A DNA stretch of 64,000 nt from a virus. The DNA is taken from the IMG/VR virus record IMGVR_UViG_3300023202_000137, positions 1-64,000 of that record; one strand, 5' to 3'. The notes beneath the pieces were generated by a model. It was given only the letters and a program-made list of their open reading frames with translations, did not search any database and was not told the DNA's origin. The stretch's first letter is position 1. Each line of letters opens with the position of its first letter. Below are positions 8,546-16,919 of the stretch, piece after piece. The translations under genes and the position numbers were made by a program.

Positions 8546-9357
8546 TAGGCAACTCGGATGATTGGGATCACTTCGTAAAACAGAGGGTCGTTACTCTGGG
8601 TGTTAGTGCCCGGTGAGCTTCCTCCGGTGTTCGCAGAGCTTGGTCCCCCCGTCGTGTTGTTGCTCGGGCTTCCAGTATTCGCCGTGCTCGGGCCGTTCGT
8701 TGCTGGCGGGGTAGTGACCTGGGTAAGAGCAGCCCGCGCTGGTGCGCTCACCTCTGCAGCCTTCGCCTGCGTCGAACGCCTCGCAGTGAAAACTACCGAC
8801 CCGTAGAGGGGGAGATCGGACGCATTGCCTATCCAATATTCCGATCCATCATCAAAACCGATTGGCATATTGTGAGCATGGGCACTTTGACCGTGTACGT
8901 GGTTTTGCATCGAATGAAAGTGGTTCTGCATTGAGTGGGTGTGGCTCTGCATCGAATGGGTGTGCGAGTTTACCGTGTGGCTGTGGTTCGCTGCACCGCC
9001 CGTCCCTCCTGCCGTCGCTGCAGCCTTGAAGTAGCGCCCGATTAGATTGGGTGTGCCGTTGCTTCCGTCTGCGATCTGCCACCCATCCGGTATTGCTGCC
9101 AGAGTGTTGACGAAACGGATCGTCCCGATAGGCGATAGCGTGTCGTAGAAGAAATCAGCAACCGCATTGATGCCCGTGTTTATTGCGCTGTCCTCGGGGT
9201 CGTACGCGATTCCTGTCTCTAGGTCGTCCTGCCTTGGTATCGGCACAACACTCCCCGGAGTACCAAAGCCAATGCGCACACCATCCTGCGAGCTGGCATC
9301 AGCCAGCAACTGCAGGATGGTTCGCAGCGCATCGCGTACCGCTTGCGGGGCCGCCAT
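8545..9357 (-). CDS. Tail-fibre/collar-domain protein with HxH repeats
   Basis: PIGTI...IPDGWQIADGSNGTPNLIGRY collar motif; HxH heptads; start 9357 (TGATG overlap) or 9375. Confidence 0.75.
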   Translation of the reverse strand: MAAPQAVRDALRTILQLLADASSQDGVRIGFGTPGSVVPIPRQDDLETGIAYDPEDSAINTGINAVADFFYDTLSPIGTIRFVNTLAAIPDGWQIADGSNGTPNLIGRYFKAAATAGGTGGAANHSHTVNSHTHSMQSHTHSMQNHFHSMQNHVHGQSAHAHNMPIGFDDGSEYWIGNASDLPLYGSVVFTARRSTQAKAAEVSAPARAALTQVTTPPATNGPSTANTGSPSNNTTGGPSSANTGGSSPGTNTQSNDPLFYEVIPIIRVA

Positions 9358-9611
9358 CAGTCTAGCTCTTTCCACATGATTGGGACCCGCTCACCATCTC
9401 CAACATCAGCGAATACCACCATGGCACTGCCATCCTCTACCTCGTTCGTGCTCCTGTCTTCCAACTGGAACGAAACTTTGAACGCCCCCAAGGACACCGG
9501 CTGGATATCTCGAACCTGCCCTATTGGGTACGGCTCGTTGTCCACCACCATGTTGATCGTAGGATCGATACAAAGCGCCTCAACCACTGCGTCACGTAGT
9601 TCCTGCTTCAT
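9357..9611 (-). CDS. Hypothetical protein
   Basis: Operon overlap. Confidence 0.55.
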   Translation of the reverse strand: MKQELRDAVVEALCIDPTINMVVDNEPYPIGQVRDIQPVSLGAFKVSFQLEDRSTNEVEDGSAMVVFADVGDGERVPIMWKELD

Positions 9612-9859
9612 AGGTCCACCCTAACCTTGTACTGGTCCGCGAGGTTTCGTAGCCAATCTAATTGGCGTTCCGTACACACTGCGTTGTCTCCCTCAACCGC
9701 AATGCGTCCCGCCATCTGCTCGATGAACTCTGCCGACTTCTTGTTCCCGTAGTGCATCGCTTGCACCTTGGGGGCTAGCGCCGACAGCAGCTTGCGAGCT
9801 TCGGCCAAGGTCTCGTTGTGCCTCACGGCTTCCATCAGTGGGTTGATCTTTCTACTCAT
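9608..9859 (-). CDS. Hypothetical protein
   Basis: EFIEQM...TERQLDWL motif. Confidence 0.6.
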   Translation of the reverse strand: MSRKINPLMEAVRHNETLAEARKLLSALAPKVQAMHYGNKKSAEFIEQMAGRIAVEGDNAVCTERQLDWLRNLADQYKVRVDL

Positions 9860-10157
9860 CTGCTGGTCTCAATCCTCCGGTGCCACGCCGTACGGGCTCG
9901 GCCCTGGCAGCGAATGTTTGCAATCCGCGCGCACGCAACGACCGTGCTGCGTTCTCGGCTCGCTTCCGTGTCTGTATCTGTCGTCGCTGTTCGAGGGCTT
10001 CCTCTTCCAGCATTTCCTCCAGCTCGCTCCCGTCTTCGGCCTGGAATATCTCGTGCTTTGCGATCTGCAAAGCGTGCTCATATCCCGACGCCAACTCTGC
10101 ACGTCCGGCTGCTCGTGCCCTTGCTGCCAACTGTTGGAGTCGTTCAAAGAGCCTCAT
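9852..10157 (-). CDS. Hypothetical helical protein
   Basis: Operon overlap, GGGAAG SD. Confidence 0.5.
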   Translation of the reverse strand: MRLFERLQQLAARARAAGRAELASGYEHALQIAKHEIFQAEDGSELEEMLEEEALEQRRQIQTRKRAENAARSLRARGLQTFAARAEPVRRGTGGLRPADE

Positions 10158-10453
10158 CGCTTCCCTCTCTTACCTTTGCTTCTACTGCGTTGAACTTTGC
10201 GACCCTGCCCTATCGGTCCGTCGTGCCGTACGGGTTTGCCGCGCTTCTTTTCTTCCGGTGTCGTTTTCTCCGTCACGTACGAGATCAACCCCCCCGTGCT
10301 CTTAGGGCCCAACGCTCGCACGCGGTACTTCTTTTCCAACTCCTCCCTCGCCAGCTTCTTCGCTTCGGAAACCGTTCGGCCAGTAACCTCGAACGTCGCA
10401 ACCGCATGCGGGTTCGCTCTGCCTTTGATCACTTCGTAGACTTCAACCTTCAC
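10154..10453 (-). CDS. Basic hypothetical protein
   Basis: Restarted at GTG 10453 (GTGA overlap). Confidence 0.55.
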   Translation of the reverse strand: MKVEVYEVIKGRANPHAVATFEVTGRTVSEAKKLAREELEKKYRVRALGPKSTGGLISYVTEKTTPEEKKRGKPVRHDGPIGQGRKVQRSRSKGKRGKR

Positions 10454-10830
10454 GACTTCTTTCCTCGCCGCAGGGACACAACGTCCAGCCCCTTGCCAAG
10501 TTTGTTCACACTCATCGCACGGTACCCTCCGCATCCTCGGGGGTCTTCGTTGTCCCGGTAGAATGGACAGGGGAGTGTAACCCCAGGCGCTTCCTTCTTG
10601 GACAGCCAAGAGCACATGCCGTGCTTGTCGATATGGTCACATGGGGTTGCAACCTGAGCCTCCCAAAGCTCCCGCAGTTTCGCCCGCAAGGCGTTAGGTG
10701 GAACGATGCCCTGCTCGTGATAGCTTTTTGCCTTGAGTACCCAGCCCAGCTCACTTTCGCCTCCATGTCCTGATTCGACAATTTCCCGGAGCTTTGGTTC
10801 AAGCTCTTCGATCAAATCTTCGTAGTTCAT
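10450..10830 (-). CDS. Hypothetical protein
   Basis: Restarted at ATG 10830 (ATGA overlap). Confidence 0.55.
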   Translation of the reverse strand: MNYEDLIEELEPKLREIVESGHGGESELGWVLKAKSYHEQGIVPPNALRAKLRELWEAQVATPCDHIDKHGMCSWLSKKEAPGVTLPCPFYRDNEDPRGCGGYRAMSVNKLGKGLDVVSLRRGKKS

Positions 10831-11588
10831 GTCCGCTCGTACCCTGCGTTCTCGAACGCTGGCCATAGCGTCAACCCTGGGTCCACCTTTGTGCTGCTTA
10901 CCTGGTAGTGCCCCACCACCCCTGACTCGATCTCATCGAGCTTCTGACTTGGCAACGGTATCCGTTTCGGAATCTCGAACGCTTTGCAGATTGCATCTGC
11001 CAGCTCAACGCAACGACTCTTCTGGGCTGCGGTGAAGTCCTGATGATTCCAAACCTGCCGACCATTGGGTTTTGCTTGCTCCTTCACCATTGGCCGACCA
11101 TCCTGTGGGTTCCACCACTTTTCGAGAACGGGATTGTTTACTTCAACCCCGATGCTTCGCCAGTTGATAGGCGGCGCATGTTGGGCAATCCATTTTGCTG
11201 GGTCACAAAGCTGATAGAGCGTTGCTGCAGCATCGCCGTCGATCATGAAATGGATACCCAACCCTCGCTGTAGCAAAACCTCGTGGCACTGGTGCGAGCT
11301 TTTGCAAACATCCCAATGGAACACGAACACATCTGGGCGACGCGAGCGCGGCTTTAGATGCGCAGACGGCAAACCAAGTCCACCGTCCTGATCCCAACGT
11401 ACCACCGGAAACTCTACTGGCACCTCTCGACCTGCAATGATCAATGCGTTTGTGCTCATCTCCCCTTTGCCTTTCGTTCGCAGGTAGATCGTTCCACCCA
11501 TCGTTACAATGTGCGCGTCTTGATCTCGCGCTGGCTTTGCGTACAGCCACGCGAAGAACCGACGCAGTGCCTCTATCAGTTTTTTCAT
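10827..11588 (-). CDS. N-acetylmuramoyl-L-alanine amidase (endolysin)
   Basis: FVFHWD, IHFMID, AQHA, SIGVE, VVGH, KVDPG (Amidase_2 motifs); starts at 11588 or 11459. Confidence 0.85.
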   Translation of the reverse strand: MKKLIEALRRFFAWLYAKPARDQDAHIVTMGGTIYLRTKGKGEMSTNALIIAGREVPVEFPVVRWDQDGGLGLPSAHLKPRSRRPDVFVFHWDVCKSSHQCHEVLLQRGLGIHFMIDGDAAATLYQLCDPAKWIAQHAPPINWRSIGVEVNNPVLEKWWNPQDGRPMVKEQAKPNGRQVWNHQDFTAAQKSRCVELADAICKAFEIPKRIPLPSQKLDEIESGVVGHYQVSSTKVDPGLTLWPAFENAGYERT

Positions 11589-12001
11589 GGCGTTGTCTGC
11601 GGGTATCCGTTCGACGCCAAGAACTCCGCTGCAACGTACTCCAACATAACCCCTTTCCAAGCTCGCTTGCCTGGGATCTGCGTTGATAGCTCTTTCGCTC
11701 GCTCCATCGCAGCCATGATTATGTCCCGTTGCTCTAGGGTGATTCGGAACCGCAGTGTGGTCCAACCGTCTTCGAGTTTTGGATCTTTGTTCGGTCGTAC
11801 GCGCCGCTTGCGCGTGAGCTTCTCATCCTTGGTATCGGATAGAAACTTGTTCGTGGCGCCCGACACGTCGCGCTCTACCACTTCCGTGTCCGGGTCAAGC
11901 CCTCCCGATGCAATGTGGGTCTCAGCTTCCTGCTTGAGATCCTCCATCACATTGCGAGCTTTTATCAGTTTCTTTTTTGTTTCCGCTGTTAAGTCTGGCA
12001 T
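11585..12001 (-). CDS. Hypothetical protein (possible DNA-binding C-terminus)
   Basis: GAGGG SD; FRITLEQRDII..A.E.A pattern. Confidence 0.6.
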   Translation of the reverse strand: MPDLTAETKKKLIKARNVMEDLKQEAETHIASGGLDPDTEVVERDVSGATNKFLSDTKDEKLTRKRRVRPNKDPKLEDGWTTLRFRITLEQRDIIMAAMERAKELSTQIPGKRAWKGVMLEYVAAEFLASNGYPQTTP

Positions 12002-12185
12002 TTGGTTTCCCTCGTGCGAAGTCCTCGCACAGTCTGATTAGATTGCTCCAAAGATAATTGGCGTTCGCGTCCTCCGGTTCGCACAAGCCCTTCGCTTTTG
12101 TCGCCTGCTCCAGTGCATCAGCAACCTGCCGTGTAGAGGTCGCGATTATTTTTCTCGCTGCCTGCGGTGTCGTTATGGAACTCAT
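11922..12185 (-). CDS. Hypothetical protein
   Basis: GGGGAGGG SD; ATGA overlap with the primase-helicase. Confidence 0.45.
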   Translation of the reverse strand: MSSITTPQAARKIIATSTRQVADALEQATKAKGLCEPEDANANYLWSNLIRLCEDFARGKPNARLNSGNKKETDKSSQCDGGSQAGS

Positions 12186-14260
12186 GAGCCCTCCCCTGCT
12201 GGCTGCCTATCGCTTGGGCTTCCGGTGTAGAGCTTAAAGGCTTGCTGGCTTGGTTCCGGTTCCGGCTCGGGCTCGCTTGCTGCAGCAGCCTGCGCCGCTT
12301 GCTGGATTGCATCAGCCACTGCCTGCGGGCCAGCTTGCAGGGTGGTTGGGTTTTGGGTTGGGGTCCCTTCCGTGTACTCATACCGCAAAGAGTTTCGGTC
12401 GAACTCCAACTGCACTGACCCTTCCTTGGCAAAATCAGACCTCGCCTTGAGCGTCGTAATCTCGGAGTAGGGCACGTGGTTGTTGCTGCGGTCTAGGTCC
12501 CGTGGCACCCAGACCCGCAACACGTTGTCAGCAACTTTCTTGATCTCCGACGACCCCTTTAGATCGTTCAGCTCAACTTTTAGGGGCACCCCTTCGATAT
12601 CAGTTCGCAGCTTTGATGGGTGCACGACGAGTACGATGTGAACTTGCAGCTTCAACGCCCAAGACTTTATTGCTCGCATAGTCTTGTCGATCATGTAGCG
12701 TTCTTTCTCGGGCGATCCTTCAAGCATGAAGTGCAAGTGATCTACCACGACGTACCAAAGCCCGTACCGTCGCACCCCGTACTCGATAGCGTCTCGCAAA
12801 TCATCGAGTGGTATTTCACCGTAGTGGTCCACAAAGAAAATGTTTCGACTTCGCAGGTTGGACATTGCGTTGTGAAGATCTACGTTGTCCATGTCAACGA
12901 ACGACTTGCCCGCCTCCATGCTTACGAGTTTTCGCGCAGTGTCTCGGCTCGGCATCTCGAATGATGCAATCAATGTCCCAACCCCGTCCCGACTGTCGCC
13001 AGGATCTCCCTTCGACTGGTCCCACGCACACGCAGTTGTCCAAGTAGTTTTGCCCGACCCCGTGTCACCGGTAACCACAGTCACCTCGCCAGCTCGCCAC
13101 CCCGCAATGAGGTTGTTGACCCCGTGCCACATGCTCTGACGACCAAGAACTTTTTCGCTGTCCCCTTTCTTCAGCTCCCAAAGCTCTGCCTCGAAGTCCC
13201 CAATGTGTTTGACCGATGAGTGTTGATAGGCTTGCGCACCTTCGATGTATGTTTTGATTTCCTCGACGCTGCGACCATTTCTCAGACAGTCGTTCACGTC
13301 CTTGTCTGGAAACTTCACTCGCCCGCACCGGTACCTGCCCAACTGCCCCGCAAGTTTCTCCGCGCCATCCTCCCCAGCCCGGTCACTGTCGTACGCGATC
13401 AATACCTCGTCAAATCTCGCGAGTCGTTCGCGTGCGTCGTCATCGAGGTTACGTCCCGCTGTTCCCGTGCCGATAGCCACCTCGTATCCTAACTGCCAGA
13501 GGGTCATCACATCCAACTCTGCCTCGCAAATCATCACGGACTCGTAGTGGTTCTCTAGCGAATCCAAGTTGAACAGTAGATTGGGTGCGCCCTTCCATTT
13601 CTCGAACCGCTTCTGTCCTTCGTAGGATCGAAACTTGTAGTTGACCAACTGCTTGCCAACAAACACTGGGATCGCAATTGCTTCGTACACGTTCGACACG
13701 TAGCCCTTGCACACGTGGCAGGCTTCCTTCGATACGAGCACCTGCCCCTCGCATGCCTTGCAGTACCCTCGACGCGCCAACCCTAGGCGGAAGTGTTTGA
13801 TCGTTTTTTCTTCTAGGCAGCGCTCCTCTCGCAAGTACCCCATCGCATCGCCAACCGCTTCGAGTCGCTTCTCAAAGAACTGCACAGACTCAGAGGGCGG
13901 CAACGAGTGCCCCTCCCACGACGACCCACGCGACTGCTTGAGTCGTTGAGTCAGTCGATCCACCATCGGATCCCCTTTACCGAACGGTCGCTCTAGCTCG
14001 ATGAGTCCCAGGTGTTTCTTGAGCGTGATCAAGTTTCCTTTTTCCATACAGCAGTAGGTACAGTATTGGCCGGTCGTTGCGTTGATGTAGAAGTTTCTGT
14101 CCGTACGCTTCTTGCTCGACTTCCCACAGAGCGGGCAGCCTTGCAGAACAATCTCTCCACCTTCGTGCTTTTGAATCTTCCAACCTTGGCGAGCGATGAA
14201 ATCATCAACGCTCTCTTCCAGCTTGCTCTCTTCATCAATCACGACGGATACCCTCACCAC
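12182..14260 (-). CDS. Bifunctional primase-helicase (T7 gp4/Twinkle-like)
   Basis: CPLC zinc-binding domain; TOPRIM (ICEAELD, YDSD.AG); Walker A GDTGSGKT; VVVDHL, VVHP, LKGS. Confidence 0.92.
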   Translation of the reverse strand: MVRVSVVIDEESKLEESVDDFIARQGWKIQKHEGGEIVLQGCPLCGKSSKKRTDRNFYINATTGQYCTYCCMEKGNLITLKKHLGLIELERPFGKGDPMVDRLTQRLKQSRGSSWEGHSLPPSESVQFFEKRLEAVGDAMGYLREERCLEEKTIKHFRLGLARRGYCKACEGQVLVSKEACHVCKGYVSNVYEAIAIPVFVGKQLVNYKFRSYEGQKRFEKWKGAPNLLFNLDSLENHYESVMICEAELDVMTLWQLGYEVAIGTGTAGRNLDDDARERLARFDEVLIAYDSDRAGEDGAEKLAGQLGRYRCGRVKFPDKDVNDCLRNGRSVEEIKTYIEGAQAYQHSSVKHIGDFEAELWELKKGDSEKVLGRQSMWHGVNNLIAGWRAGEVTVVTGDTGSGKTTWTTACAWDQSKGDPGDSRDGVGTLIASFEMPSRDTARKLVSMEAGKSFVDMDNVDLHNAMSNLRSRNIFFVDHYGEIPLDDLRDAIEYGVRRYGLWYVVVDHLHFMLEGSPEKERYMIDKTMRAIKSWALKLQVHIVLVVHPSKLRTDIEGVPLKVELNDLKGSSEIKKVADNVLRVWVPRDLDRSNNHVPYSEITTLKARSDFAKEGSVQLEFDRNSLRYEYTEGTPTQNPTTLQAGPQAVADAIQQAAQAAAASEPEPEPEPSQQAFKLYTGSPSDRQPAGEGS

Positions 14261-15329
14261 GCTTCAGCGCTTGGTAGTGTGCTTCGTTCTCTTCTTGTGT
14301 GCGCGGTACGAATGAGGGGTGACCAGGCCCAACCCCTCTCGGGGTTTCTGCATGGCCTTGTTTAGTAGCTGCACGCACTTGCACCTGTCGTTTGTTGAGA
14401 AACATATTCACTCGGTTTTCGCTTTGGCAGATGTAGTCCAGCTCGTGTTTGCTGTGCTGCCTGTGCCATTGATCGTTCGCGTTCCCCTCAATAGCTTGCT
14501 TCAATTCATCCGCAGTGAATCCCTCTTTCAGTCTAGCTATAACTTTCTTGTAGGCACCGTTTCTCGATGCGTTGACCCCAGTCTTGACCCTCCGGTTTGG
14601 AAACTTCTGCAGGAAGTGGTCAACGACTGCTCGTGCATCTGCAGCGTAGTCAGATCCCCCTGGTCGCTCTGGTCGCTCGGCTTCGTCGTCCTCATCCGGG
14701 GGATCCTCTCCAGTGCGAGCCGCGCTCGCACTAAAGAGAGTTGGGTTGGGTTGGGAAGGGTTGGGTTGGGTAGGGTCAGGAAAGGAAGGGGAGGGTAGGG
14801 AAGGGGGTTCAAATCCGTTGGGCTTCCGTTCAGATCCGTTACCGCCCCGTTGAGCATCCGTCAACGCTTCGTTAACGGACCGTTCAGTGGTCTGTTTCTC
14901 CTGGTTTTTCCCTGGTTTACGCTTGGACCTTTTCTTCTTTTTGCGCGCTTTTACGCTCGCCTCCCCCCCCGTGCGGGCTGCTTGGCTTCGTTTTTCATAG
15001 CCAGCGAGCCAAGATTGGTGCTCCTCCCAATCGTGTATTTCGCGCTCGTTTTCGTCGCCGTCGAGGAACCCGCAGTTGACCAGAGCACGAACGAACACCC
15101 CTTGGTCGCGCGACCACTTTGATTGCAGCTCGATTTGACGGTCGGTCATTCCGTGAAGATTCCCGTCTCGTCGGTTGGGTTGTTTGCCGCAAAATTCCCA
15201 GAGTCGCTGGAAGCACACCACGGCATGGTCCCCCAGAACCATGTCACCGTCCCCACACTGGTCGCGCAGATCGTCGGTCTTGTAGTGGTCCAAGAAACCA
15301 AACCGCACGCGGAAGTCGTCGTTGCTCAT
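14235..15329 (-). CDS. Phage replication initiator / replisome organiser
   Basis: N-terminal wHTH-like region (LW...GFLD...IHDWEEHQ), low-complexity linker, C-terminal ARLKEGFT..LKQAI; immediately upstream of the helicase. Confidence 0.75.
   Translation of the reverse strand: MSNDDFRVRFGFLDHYKTDDLRDQCGDGDMVLGDHAVVCFQRLWEFCGKQPNRRDGNLHGMTDRQIELQSKWSRDQGVFVRALVNCGFLDGDENEREIHDWEEHQSWLAGYEKRSQAARTGGEASVKARKKKKRSKRKPGKNQEKQTTERSVNEALTDAQRGGNGSERKPNGFEPPSLPSPSFPDPTQPNPSQPNPTLFSASAARTGEDPPDEDDEAERPERPGGSDYAADARAVVDHFLQKFPNRRVKTGVNASRNGAYKKVIARLKEGFTADELKQAIEGNANDQWHRQHSKHELDYICQSENRVNMFLNKRQVQVRAATKQGHAETPRGVGPGHPSFVPRTQEENEAHYQALKRGEGIRRD
14741..14806 (+). repeat. (TTGGG)n-type pentamer repeat, G-quadruplex-competent
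   Basis: ttgggttgggttgggaagggttgggttgggtaggg... Confidence 0.8.
14815..14884. repeat. Seven helically phased CCGTT iterons (putative phage origin)
   Basis: Copies start at 14815, 14826, 14836, 14847, 14858, 14869, 14880. Confidence 0.65.
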
Positions 15330-15342
15330 TCTATACCCCGAG

Positions 15343-15376
15343 AAGGGGAGCGGCTCGCGTTTGCGCCGCTCCCCTT
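15343..15376 (-). terminator. 12-bp stem-loop (weak terminator or stabiliser)
   Basis: aaggggagcggc...gccgctcccctt; short U tail. Confidence 0.45.
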
Positions 15377-15389
15377 GTTCACACGATGC

Positions 15390-15923
15390 TTAGAACGGTA
15401 CGTCGTCCATCGGCGGTGGCGGTGTTCCGCCACTTGCTTGTGCTCCAGTTGGAGCGTCCGGCAGTGCGCTCCTACTGCCACCACCACTCATTGCCTTGCT
15501 GAACGCTTGGCGCTCCTCCGGGGTCATCCGCATCCACTGCTGTACTTTTGTGCGCTTCTCGCCTTCGTACTCTTCCATCTTGGTTTGGACTTTTGCGATC
15601 TTGCCAACGAGTGCTCGTTTCACCTCCGACTCGTTGTCGATGTCGATCTCAGAAGTCACACCGCACGACACTGCAAGTTGCGCAATCTTCCACACGGCAT
15701 TGTCGCTGGTAGAGAGCACGTCCCAAAACTTCGCATTCTGAAAGTCAGCTTTGGTTTTTATCCCTGAGAGAACTCGGATTGTTCCGTTGTAGTACGGAAT
15801 CCCAGAAGACTGACTGTCTCTCTTTTCCATGTCTTCGATCTTCACGAAGTACACGTCAGGTGGAGGGGTTTTGAACCCTTCCATATCCCCAGCATCAGCT
15901 TCTGGATTGATAGTACGTCCCAT
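15390..15923 (-). CDS. DUF669-like single-stranded DNA-binding protein
   Basis: F..PP..Y.VKI, SG..Y, acidic DDVPF C-terminus; follows the Sak4-like gene. Confidence 0.75.
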   Translation of the reverse strand: MGRTINPEADAGDMEGFKTPPPDVYFVKIEDMEKRDSQSSGIPYYNGTIRVLSGIKTKADFQNAKFWDVLSTSDNAVWKIAQLAVSCGVTSEIDIDNESEVKRALVGKIAKVQTKMEEYEGEKRTKVQQWMRMTPEERQAFSKAMSGGGSRSALPDAPTGAQASGGTPPPPMDDVPF

Positions 15924-15949
15924 TGGTTTCTCCTGCTTTGTAGTTGGTG

Positions 15950-16873
15950 TCAGCTAGCAGCGGCGGCGGCGGCTGCTGCTGCTGCTGCCCCTTCCTCTGC
16001 TGCGCTGTTTTGTTTGTTGCCCTTGCCCTTTTTGCTCTCCGATTTCTTTGCGGGCTCTTGTCCCGGTTCAGCGTTGAGCTTTTCGTCAGGCGCTTCCACT
16101 TCCTCCTCCGGTTTGTGCCGATGTCCGGTCTCGGTAGCCCCTATCGCTTTGAGCTTCTTTAACTCTTCATCGCTGCATGCGCCGAGAGTACCGGCTCCAT
16201 ACATCTTGCGAAGCCAAAGCGGCACGTTGGGAACTTCAACCCGCTCTAGGTCTGCATCACCTTTAGTCAAGAAACCATCGACACCCTCGAATAGAGTCAA
16301 GTGTACGATCTCTCCGTCAGGGTTCTGTTTCTTGAACTGGTACCCAACGATATTGAAGAAGCCAGCAATGTCGTTGGGTAACTTTTTGCCTTGGAGTGAG
16401 GGACGCACGAACCGCTCGTCATTGGAGAATGACTCCTCGCTTCGGCACAAAACGAGCACGTGCATCGGAAGGTCTCGAAAGCTCCGAGTGATGTTCGCGG
16501 TACGGTCGATGACCACGCCCCATTCTCCCATCGTAAGACTTTCCCGTTTTGCTTGGTCGAGAATGTCTTTCTTTAGGATCTGCTGCATTTCGGTCAACGA
16601 ATCGAGCACGACCCCATCGTACGGGCAGTCTCCGCGCTGGTGCTGCATCTTGAGCATTGACAATGCGCCACGTAGATCGTCGGTGCTCTCAATGAATTCG
16701 ATCTCTGCATCCGGGTTGCGTCTGCGGATTGTCCGCACCGCTTGCCGTTCGCAGAGAAGTATCAGCGGGCGATAGAACGTAGCGCCCAGCTCGCTCTTTC
16801 CCGCCCCACTGTTCCCATGCGTCAGTATTTTCGCATGGTCAGCGGTATCCAAGTCACTGGCCTTTGTCGCCAT
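15950..16873 (-). CDS. Sak4-like AAA_24 ATPase / recombinase
   Basis: HGNSGAGKS, VVLDSLTE, WG, RPSLQGK. Confidence 0.85.
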   Translation of the reverse strand: MATKASDLDTADHAKILTHGNSGAGKSELGATFYRPLILLCERQAVRTIRRRNPDAEIEFIESTDDLRGALSMLKMQHQRGDCPYDGVVLDSLTEMQQILKKDILDQAKRESLTMGEWGVVIDRTANITRSFRDLPMHVLVLCRSEESFSNDERFVRPSLQGKKLPNDIAGFFNIVGYQFKKQNPDGEIVHLTLFEGVDGFLTKGDADLERVEVPNVPLWLRKMYGAGTLGACSDEELKKLKAIGATETGHRHKPEEEVEAPDEKLNAEPGQEPAKKSESKKGKGNKQNSAAEEGAAAAAAAAAAAS

Positions 16874-16919
16874 AGGTTTACCTCATAGGGGGTTGCCCCG
16901 GTTAAAACTCAGCCCTGAA

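Noticed and set aside
15955-15990. GCN trinucleotide run as a phase-variation locus
   Set aside because: In-frame poly-Ala tail with mixed codons.
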